A stretch of 63,758 bases of DNA, the filler included, from Bigelowiella natans CCMP2755 (lineage: Eukaryota > Protista > Cercozoa), in the NCBI GenBank assembly GCA_000320545.1. It is 6 parts of 6 records of this genome, joined end to end, with 100 filler letters (N's around TTAATTAATTAA, not from the genome) between each part and the next. Parts side by side here need not be neighbours in the genome. Positions count along the whole stretch, not along the records: positions 52,355 to 57,695 come from ADNK01002108.1; positions 57,796 to 60,394 come from ADNK01003534.1; positions 60,495 to 62,067 come from ADNK01000141.1; positions 62,168 to 63,758 come from ADNK01001466.1; 2 more parts are not named here. The stretch is one strand, 5' to 3'. Numbering within the stretch: the stretch's first letter is position 1; each line of letters starts with the position of its first letter. The notes below the pieces were generated by a model, which saw only the letters and a program-made list of their open reading frames with translations, did not search any database and was not told where the DNA came from. This document shows, piece after piece, positions 55,015-63,758 of the stretch. The position numbers and the translations under genes are program-made.

Positions 55015-55801
55015 GATCATGTGTATTAGAAATGTGTAGTCGTTTAGTTTCCTGGCCCACAATTCCATGCACAAAATGTTGCTATAAGTGCGTACACACA
55101 AAACACGCTGCGTGGCCAGCGAATATGCATGCATGCATGTGTGTGTGTGTGTGTGTGCGCGCGCGCGCGCGCGTAGGCTGAATCTGTGCTCAATTCGCTT
55201 GCACACAAGAATTACGAGCTAGAGCATGTGCACGTATGGAACAGAAAAACACAGCATCAACGCTGGCACTTACAGCCTGCTGTGTGTTGTCTCACAAGTA
55301 GAGTGTAAACAGAGATGACTAGCTAGTAGCTGCGCACACACTATAGCAACACCTCGAGGCTGTATCTGTCTGGCAAAATATAACAAGATGTTTTAACGAG
55401 AATGATGTAAATGCCCTCGCTCTCTAGCTCCACATGCAAGGCACAGTTTTAGTGCTCCCCAGCTAGCTAGCATTCATGCACATCTAGGCATGATGTACGT
55501 GAAAATTACTGCGCAAACGTCGGTCCGCGTGAAAGTGAAGGAAAAGGAGCAAGTTACACGTATGTGTCTTTTGCGCGTGTTATTACAATATCTGTACATG
55601 AGGTGTTTGGTGGTGCCTCTCGGGGAACGGGAAGGGGAGGGGGCACTCTATATCGGCCTGTAGCTAGTAGGTTTCTAGGGAAACGGCGGCTGGATTGACA
55701 TCAGGGAAGGATGGATTTAATGATTATTTCAATAATAGCTAAGTCTCCAGATAACTGATTCCCGCCATTGTTTCCTTCTGCTCTCCAATGCCCTTGAGCT
55801 C

Positions 55802-56002
55802 TTATGAATGAACAATGCAACTCAGCTTGTTGTTCTTGTTTATCGTCTCTGTCTTCTTGAGGACCGGAGCAGCATATTCGTACGTCAGGTAGAGCGGGAA
55901 CGACACTGCCAAGACCTGAGGATGGATTTCGTACAAATCACGCAGATGCACGTGCATTCTAAACAGACATAAACACAGTTACAAAAATTACACACACACA
56001 CG

Positions 56003-56063
<61 letters not shown>

Positions 56064-56386
56064 GTGTGTGTGTGTGTGTGTGTGTGTGTATGCCATATTG
56101 TGGATACTACGACGAAAAGTTGTCTATTCGAAAGGAGAGATTCGACCTGGCCAGTAGTGAGTAGCAAGTTCGCCACGAAGAACGACCTGCACACGAGAGA
56201 AGGAGGAGGAGGAGGAGGAGGAGATAGGCAGCACAGCAGAAGAGGTCTCTTCAGACAACAAGTGCACGCACATAGAGCACCTTTAACGTCTAGCATTCAA
56301 GAATCGCTGCAAAACCAAAAAAGAGGGAAAATGGACAAGGCGCCGTCGCGCAGGTAGCCCCATCCCTCGTCACCATCGTCGGCATC

Positions 56387-56418
<32 letters not shown>

Positions 56419-56915
56419 CATCGCTGTCTTCATTGGTAACAAGCAAAGAACACACACATACCCTTCAAAGTATTGAAACGACATCTTCGTCAGCGGATAG
56501 ATGCTCAAGGCACCTGGTGGTAATGATGATATTACTATTCACGGTGGAGGGACAGCGCTGAGATAATACTACTCACAGCAGAGGAGGAGGCTCCTACCTA
56601 CTGAGACCCCGTCAAAAGCATAATCTACTCCTTCGAGATATTATTACCTGCGCCGCATGTGATGTTCACGATGCCATACAGCCTACCGTACATCGACAGC
56701 TAGAGGGAAGAAGAAGAAGGCGCAGGAAGGAGAAGAAAGAAAAGAAAAGCACCACCACAACGAAGGAGAGAGGTTAATAATAATGTTGGATGGACAGCTG
56801 CTCGCATCAGTGATGATGATGACGGCGATGACGACGATGGTTTTCTAGAATAACAACAACAGTAGCAGTAGTAGCAGCAGCAGCTTCTGTGGTGGTAGTG
56901 GTAGTAGTGTAAGTG

Positions 56916-56949
<34 letters not shown>

Positions 56950-57400
56950 CAATACGCTGATACGGAGCGTGATGGAGGAACTCCGCGGCAGCAGCCCACT
57001 GAAGACACATAACAAAGGTAAATTTCCTATCGTAACTCCATCGTTGCGTGCAGCATTGCGCAGAGAGGAGAGAGATACTGCTGAGGCAAAAAAATGGACC
57101 AATTCATAGAGCTGCTGGGCGTCCCTTCCCTTTTTTGGGGGGAGGGGGGGGGGGGGGGGTCATCGAGCATCTATTCTTCCAACCCACCTCTGTCCTACTC
57201 ATCACTGATTTACTATTTATTTTAATATCTAATGCTATCATCTTTTCGTCGTCGTTGTCGTGTAAACAATTGCCTTGAGAGGCTTGAGCACGAAGAAGAG
57301 CATCATCGCCAGGATCTGGCCGTGGTACGACTCCCGCATGAACGTGTTCAGAACCGCTGCGAGCGGGTGGCGCATAGGTAATAATAAGACACACAGAGGG
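55802..57400 (-). CDS. MFS transporter, SLC43 (LAT3/4)-like, C-terminal part
   Basis: Exons ILAMMLFFVLKPLK, WAAAAEFL, MYGRLYGIVNITCGA|GALSIYPLTKMSFQYFEG, SFFVANLLLT, VLAVSFPLYL resemble the last TMs of SLC43. Confidence 0.55.
55991..56088. repeat. Compound (CA)n(TA)n(TG)n microsatellite, self-complementary
   Basis: Direct reading. Confidence 0.95.
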
Positions 57401-57471
57401 GCGGAGAAGAAAGCAGGAAGGGTTGATCGATTGATGACGGTGATGGACAAATCTTTCTAGTCTCTCTCTCG

Positions 57472-57510
<39 letters not shown>

Positions 57511-57695
57511 ATGTTGGGAAGACAAGCAGCAGCTATAGCAGCTATAGCTACGTAATATGAGCGGTTATGTAAAGGAAATAAACTGTGATATCCTACATCT
57601 AATCTCCCTTCCTCCCTCCCTTGCAGGAAGACTGTACCCCTGCGAATTATACCACTACTTCTGCCTCTCTCTAGATCTTCTTCTTCTTCTTCTAC

Positions 57696-57795
57696 NNNNN
57701 NNNNNNNNNNNNNNNNNNNNNNNNNNNNNNNNNNNNNNNTTAATTAATTAANNNNNNNNNNNNNNNNNNNNNNNNNNNNNNNNNNNNNNNNNNNN
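57696..57795. other. Artificial contig linker
   Basis: N44-TTAATTAATTAA-N44. Confidence 0.97.
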
Positions 57796-57821
57796 TAACC
57801 CCCCCCCCCCCCCCCCCCCAC

Positions 57822-58255
57822 CTGTTTCAGGGAGTCTTTGGGCAGAGATTTCCGTAGGATGAATCTCCAGAATTGCTGCATGTTTCTCGGTGGCTCGCCT
57901 TGTCCCGCTGTAGCAGTAACGAAGATCACGTTTGATTCTTCTGGTAGCCTTTTGAATAAGTAGGGTGGAAGGAGGGGGGGGGCGGGGGATAGACTGCATC
58001 AACGATCGAATACTCAGTAGCCTCGAGAACTATCATCGCATGCCTCTCCCACCTTATAATGCACTACGCGCACATATATAATACACAATTCTAGCACCTT
58101 CTGACTGGGTACTCATCAAGCGCCATTACAATGGGAATGAATCGCTCCTGGCTGGCGAATGAGCGCCCCACGCGCTCCGCTAGTTCTTGGGCGGTGCCGG
58201 TGTCCGAGCCGTACAGGACGACGATTCGCTCTTTTCTCTGCTCAAACGAAAGCAT
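57822..58255 (-). CDS. NDOR1: NADPH-dependent diflavin oxidoreductase 1 (Tah18/NR1), N-terminal flavodoxin part; truncated by the gap
   Basis: MLSFEQRKERIVVLYGSDTGTAQELAERVG..ALDEYPVRR|LPEESNVIFVTATAGQGEPPRNMQQFWRFILRKSLP. Confidence 0.85.
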
Positions 58256-59269
58256 TGGCGCGCAAACGAAAAGATGAACTTATGCATAAAATTGCGATGC
58301 TCACTCGTATTTCTCACGTGGAACTGTCTTTTTTGGCGTTTGCGCCGTTTCTAATGTGGGTGGCAAGCAACACTACTGATCTCCTGGAAACATGAAAGAG
58401 TATTACCAGCAGCAGAGAGTCGCTGGAGGGGATGACGACGAGGAGCAGCAGCCAGGCCAATTGAAGGCTAAAGAAATGTCTACCCGAGTATGCACCCCGT
58501 GACCTAACCAGCCTATCCGTACCTGAAGTGGACGTCGCCGTTACCGTCGCCGTTCTCGTCGCTGATACGGCTTTTCGTGTACAGCCCTCGTGCTGCCGAC
58601 ACCCATCGCATCTGTCATGTGATAATGAAGATGAGCATGCGACGGCCATGCTGTGTGGTGACTCTGTGCAGATGTCCTCCCACGAACACGTGCTGCCTCC
58701 TCACACGCGCAAACGGCTGCAGGGCAGTGGGACCATCCGGCCTGCGGCTCGGAAGCTGCTTTAGGCCAAGAAAATATTGGGAAATATTCTATGCATAAAA
58801 CATCGTCATATTATTCATTAAACTTTCGATGAATCTTTCAGACTGACAACGATGGCGAGCGTAATATCATTCTAAGTCAACGATAAATATCATAAAAACT
58901 TCGTATATTTTTGTCCTGCGGCATGGACGTGACCTGTCGCATGTGGGGAAAAAGCCGTAGGAAGTTGTCAGGATCTCTCAAAAATCCAATTTATTTTGTC
59001 GCTCTGAGGAAATGCCCTCTGTCGTACAATTAACAACCTTTTTATTGCGATATTACGGCCAAATATCGTAGAAATGCATTCGTTTTTACCACTACGACAA
59101 CAAACCTGTTCCGATCTTAGAGCACGCACTCGGAACAATGGGGGCCTGCATCTCAGCGATACTCGACTGGGCATACTGTCTGGCGGTCTTTCCAATGAGC
59201 GTGTTTAACCTCGGTCATTCGATGCATGAAAGCAACATCCTATTCCCCGACGTTTTGCAAGTGTAGAGG

Positions 59270-59654
59270 GGGAATGGCGACGAGGAATGGTGGGTGGGCG
59301 AGAATGAACGTGGTTTCTTCGAGACTGCCCATACTTCAATTTACCTCCTTCTTCCTCTCACCTATCAGTACACGTTGGTTCAACAGTGGCTCGCCTAAAG
59401 ACTGAAGCTAGAGGTTATCTTTCTCCATCTTCAAATTTAAACGAAGCATCGTCAAGCACTTTGACATACTCCCCCCCCCCCCCCCGGTCGTTAACACCTC
59501 AGTGCAGAATTCGGTGTCTGTTACGGCGCAATTCACTTGCTTCCAGCGGTATTTTCTGGCATCCGGCGGAATGTGCGATGACCATCTTGCTCCAGCTATA
59601 GCGAAGGAGCTGCCTCTGTACTCGATTGCCTGGGTAGGAGCTGAAAATGATGTT

Positions 59655-59687
<33 letters not shown>

Positions 59688-59835
59688 ATAATAGAATACC
59701 ATCAAGAATCGACAATCATACCCTTCGTCTTGTCTCAATAACTACAACTGAATGTAGAGAGCGATGTATTATGCTTGCTGACTAACCTCCTTCCATTTGT
59801 ACTGTAAAGGGGGTTAGAGGAGGGGGGACGAACCA

Positions 59836-59885
<50 letters not shown>

Positions 59886-60130
59886 CCCACCACCCCCCCC
59901 CGCCACCCTCTCCTCGAACAACACAAACCACGTCTGCCCGGATGATGTCTTGTTTCTATCTTCCCATCCTGCTGATCGTCCTCTTCTCCTCCCCCCTCCC
60001 CCCTCCGGAAAAACACAAAAACGCCACTCATCTCCAGGTGGGGCTTGCCGTGTGGAGGAAGAGAGTCAGTGGGATATTCAGGATCCCAAGACTGCCGTTT
60101 GTGAGGAAGGAGGCCTACATCGACAACAAG
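59270..60130 (+). CDS. Hypothetical protein fragment, exons only
   Basis: Splice-bounded exons NSVSVTAQFTCFQRYFLASGGMCDDHLAPAIAKELPLYSIAW|VGLAVWRKRVSGIFRIPRLPFVRKEAYIDN; family not recognised. Confidence 0.35.
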
Positions 60131-60142
60131 TCAACGATGCAT

Positions 60143-60198
<56 letters not shown>

Positions 60199-60394
60199 TT
60201 ATTGCTCATTTTAAAATATGATGAAGAGGTCAGAGAGGCGAAGGTGGGAGAGGGGGGGGGCGTGCTCAGTATTGCTACCTCTTACTTTTCAACGTCTCAT
60301 CTTCTCGTTATTGTAGCGTTTTGCTAATGTTTTGACTGGAAAATATGCCCCTTACTTGTTCCGCGTTCTTTGTTTGGTCGCAGCATCTGTATGA

Positions 60395-60494
60395 NNNNNN
60401 NNNNNNNNNNNNNNNNNNNNNNNNNNNNNNNNNNNNNNTTAATTAATTAANNNNNNNNNNNNNNNNNNNNNNNNNNNNNNNNNNNNNNNNNNNN
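60395..60494. other. Artificial contig linker
   Basis: N44-TTAATTAATTAA-N44. Confidence 0.97.
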
Positions 60495-61601
60495 TGATAA
60501 TGGAGCAAAAGGAGGCGGAGAGCCGAGTCAACTCGCCTCCTGGCCACGCATCGTCGAGGGAGTAGCACAGTTCTGTTTCGTAAGTAATCACCGTGCCAAA
60601 AGAACCTCTCTAGCTCTCTCTCTCTCTCTCTCTGTATTTGTCATTGTACGTGTATATCGGGCAATATATGATAGCGTGTCTTTTTCCCACAGATATCAGG
60701 CTCGTATAGCACCAGGCGCACGATTTCCACACTTTTGAGTCACGACAGGATTCCCAGATGTTACTACTGTTGATCAGGCAGCAGCTGCTACTGCTTCTTC
60801 ATCATTATCATCATCCTCGTCGTCATCATCATCGTCATCATCATCTTTCACGTATGTGCTACGTGCATAATATCTATGACTTACGAAGAATTAAGATCTT
60901 CTTTCCTTCGGTTCCTTTCGAAACAAGAAAGTCGAGCAGATACAGCGATGATGTCGTGGGCCTTAAGGCATCGATATCAATCACTTGTGAAAATCAACTG
61001 CTGACTCTAATCGCAATAATACGAATTTACGACTCTTCCCATCGGATGTTTGTGTTGTAAGTAGAGGAAGGAAATATATTTATTCAGATATACTCACTTC
61101 TGCATAATTTTCATCCTCCTTCTCCCCCTCCTCCTCCTCCTCCTCCTCAATCTCTTCATATTTTGTCGCAGGTCCTCGTCTCCGTCCATATTGTCATCAT
61201 CGCTGGACCTCATAGCTCAGCTTTCTATGGGGCGTGGTGGGGAGGAGGAAGGGAAGAAGCAGCAGGATGATAGTTGTGTGTTATCCCCTCCAAGCTGGGT
61301 GCTGCTTGTTGATGCAACTACTGGGGAACAGAAAGGTGATAGTGAGATCAATAATTAAATATATTGTTATCAATCTCACGTATGGTTATGATCGAATGAT
61401 CGATATCTCATCATCATTATCATCACTATCTTAACTCCTCCTCCTCTTTCTCCTCCCCTCCAAATCGTACAGCTGATTTGCAAATCGGCACCCCCCCCTC
61501 AGCTGCTCATCGGCTGGCATCACAGGGTTGTGCAGTTGTATTTGTTCATCGAATGCCAACCCCACTGAACGACGGCCAGGAAGCTTTACCACCACTACCA
61601 C

Positions 61602-61638
<37 letters not shown>

Positions 61639-62067
61639 CTTCATGATTCCTAGTGGCATTGAGGCATGGCTTAAAATGAGCAGCAGTGCTGCCTGTGATG
61701 CCGATGACCGTTTCAAGTACTGGAAGGCGAATTCTTGCCGCGATGTGTGGGACGTGGAAGGTCACTGGAATGCGCTTGTTCGTCGAGCAAAAGGACACCA
61801 AGGCGAAGAAGGGCAATTCTGCGTAATAATCATAATAAGCACACAAACACACACTAGGGATACAACCAGTTAGAAATATAGCACATGCAGGGTAGCTGCT
61901 GTCAGTAGTCTACTTGAGCAAATATGAAGAGGCCGCAATGAATATGAAGAGGCCACACTGTCTCTTACATGTTTAGTCACCCATATATACATGTCTAGTA
62001 GACCTCTTTAGCATTCAGCTCATACGGTAGCTTTCTGCGACGCAATTATGATACACAGGTGCTCGTC
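60495..62067 (+). CDS. FAD-dependent (PheA/TfdB-like) monooxygenase, C-terminal region; partial, with an in-frame TGA
   Basis: KYQARIAPGARFPHF*V (cf. PGxRxPHxW), DVEGHWNAL, and a last exon starting VLV at the gap edge (VLVRPDG expected). Confidence 0.5.
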
Positions 62068-62167
62068 NNNNNNNNNNNNNNNNNNNNNNNNNNNNNNNNN
62101 NNNNNNNNNNNTTAATTAATTAANNNNNNNNNNNNNNNNNNNNNNNNNNNNNNNNNNNNNNNNNNNN
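62068..62167. other. Artificial contig linker
   Basis: N44-TTAATTAATTAA-N44. Confidence 0.97.
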
Positions 62168-62335
62168 CTTGACTGGATCGTCATCTCAGGGTCAATCGCA
62201 AGGGGAAGGACCGCTCCTGTCAGAGTGTGATTGAGGGCCGTAAGTGAACACAGCTGCCGTCATCAGAAATAGCCTTTTCCCTCTCCAACCAACTCGGAAA
62301 GACACAAAAGATGTGCAAGGAAAACGAGAAGCAGG

Positions 62336-62376
<41 letters not shown>

Positions 62377-62987
62377 GGGGGGGGCTCACCCAGCCATATT
62401 TTCTGGAGAATCGTGTCTTGAGGGTAGCACTCAATCTGAGCAATTACAGAAGCAATCCAGCAAGCGAATCGGTGAATCAACTCAGAAAATATTCATCAAT
62501 AGTCTTTGTGTTTTGATCTCCGCTTCAACGATATATATGGTGAAATATTCAGCGCAAAAGTGAAACGCTGCCGACGGTAATAGCGGCCAGCTTGATCACG
62601 AGGGCGGCAGCGACGTTTTAGCTTACAAGTTGAGTAACTATAAACAACTACTCTACTGCTGTTACTACTACTACTACAACTACTACGCACCAAGTTGGAT
62701 ATCGAGTCCATGCCCTGCTTCCTGACGGAGATGCTGGCATCCATACAAGCATCAAAGATGGCCTGCAAGTTGGCCTCCGAAAGAAGTCCTTGTACCACAG
62801 CCAGACAGGAAACGGGGAAGGGGCGGGGAAGGAGAGAGAGGGTGAAATAATGTTTAGCTTATTTCGCCATTTAAGGCTGTACTTCTCGCACCACCACAAC
62901 GTCCAGAACGCAGCAGCAGCATCACTACTAATCGGAGTCTCTCTCTCTCTCTCTCTCTCTCTCCCTCCTTCCCTCCCTCACGCACAT

Positions 62988-63070
<83 letters not shown>

Positions 63071-63245
63071 TGTTCCTGCCCCCCCATTGGATATCTGCGG
63101 GTCGCACGTGAGTAGAGCCTCCAGCACTTTGACCGAGGCCTTCCGCACGCCGGGGCGGGGGTCTGCACAGCGCTTCTCGAGAAGGTGCAGGAACCTGATG
63201 GTTAGGTAGCAGCTGAGCAATCCGTGTGCCTCCTCTAACTTGCTC

Positions 63246-63281
<36 letters not shown>

Positions 63282-63566
63282 TGGTATATGTACGCGTGTG
63301 TTTATGGATTGCAACCGTCGCGTGTCCTGGTGATTCTGTTGGAAGGAGCCGTTGTTGTCGATGGAAGTGTTTCCGTTGCTGGACGCCGAGGTGATCTCCA
63401 TCGGGAACAAGGAAAACGAGCCAACAGGGCTGGTGTTACCCCCCCCCCTGCTGCTGTTGCTGCTGCCGGGTGTCTGGAGCCCAGCGGGAGAGAACATCTG
63501 TTTCCAAAGCAATTGAACAGTTCTTAAAATTCAGCCCACCTCGGGAGAGCTAGATTATTAGATATC

Positions 63567-63619
<53 letters not shown>

Positions 63620-63718
63620 CTTGCTGCTTACGGATACCTCGTTGATTCGCACCAAGCTGAAGAACTCAGCCGATAGGAATGGGCTGCTCGGAATGGCTTC
63701 TATTGTCTCGCCAAGCAC
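62168..63718 (-). CDS. NCAPD3: Condensin II HEAT subunit CAP-D3, internal fragment
   Basis: LEKRCADPRPGVRKASVKVLEALL..LQAIFDACMDASISVRKQGMDSISNL..YPQDTILQKIWL|GAVLPLAIDPEMTIQS follows the CAP-D3 HEAT motifs in order. Confidence 0.78.
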
Positions 63719-63758
63719 CTGAGGGGATGAGGTAGACGGAGTAGGAGTAGGGGGGGGG

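Noticed and set aside
60736-60738. Selenocysteine codon
   Set aside because: It aligns to a conserved Trp rather than Cys, and no SECIS is visible (the 3' end is in a gap)
61921-61954. Short direct repeat AATATGAAGAGGCC x2
   Set aside because: Two copies in an intron, consistent with ordinary slippage; not a CRISPR or target-site duplication

Overview
Intron-rich eukaryotic nuclear DNA with many short GT-AG introns, microsatellite-laden introns and five artificial 100-nt N44-TTAATTAATTAA-N44 contig linkers. Signal-peptide leaders on bacterial-type genes suggest an alga with a secondary plastid, possibly a chlorarachniophyte (inference only). Manual splicing gives about 24 genes or gene fragments: MYND-finger protein, NFACT-R, VTI1 SNARE, tRNase Z, LRR protein, ZSWIM2-like E3, HSF, HAUS3, PP2C, NHL-propeller protein, PPR protein, HYPK, NOP58, two glutamine synthetases (GSII), a kinase-SAM-PH protein, an RGS-like/PH protein, a Tudor protein, an NPF-repeat protein, and partial SLC43, NDOR1, FAD monooxygenase and CAP-D3. 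The most notable locus is 35.0-46.2 kb. Two GSII genes form a ~2 kb inverted repeat with near-identical cores, introns included, but unrelated N- and C-termini. Both N-termini look like myristoyl+palmitoyl signals (MGACNS / MGCGTSK). The spacer between them holds a ~1.5 kb patch almost devoid of TpA except in CTAG, which may reflect context-specific A:T>G:C hypermutation. All exon joins and counts were made by eye and gene ends are approximate where stated.
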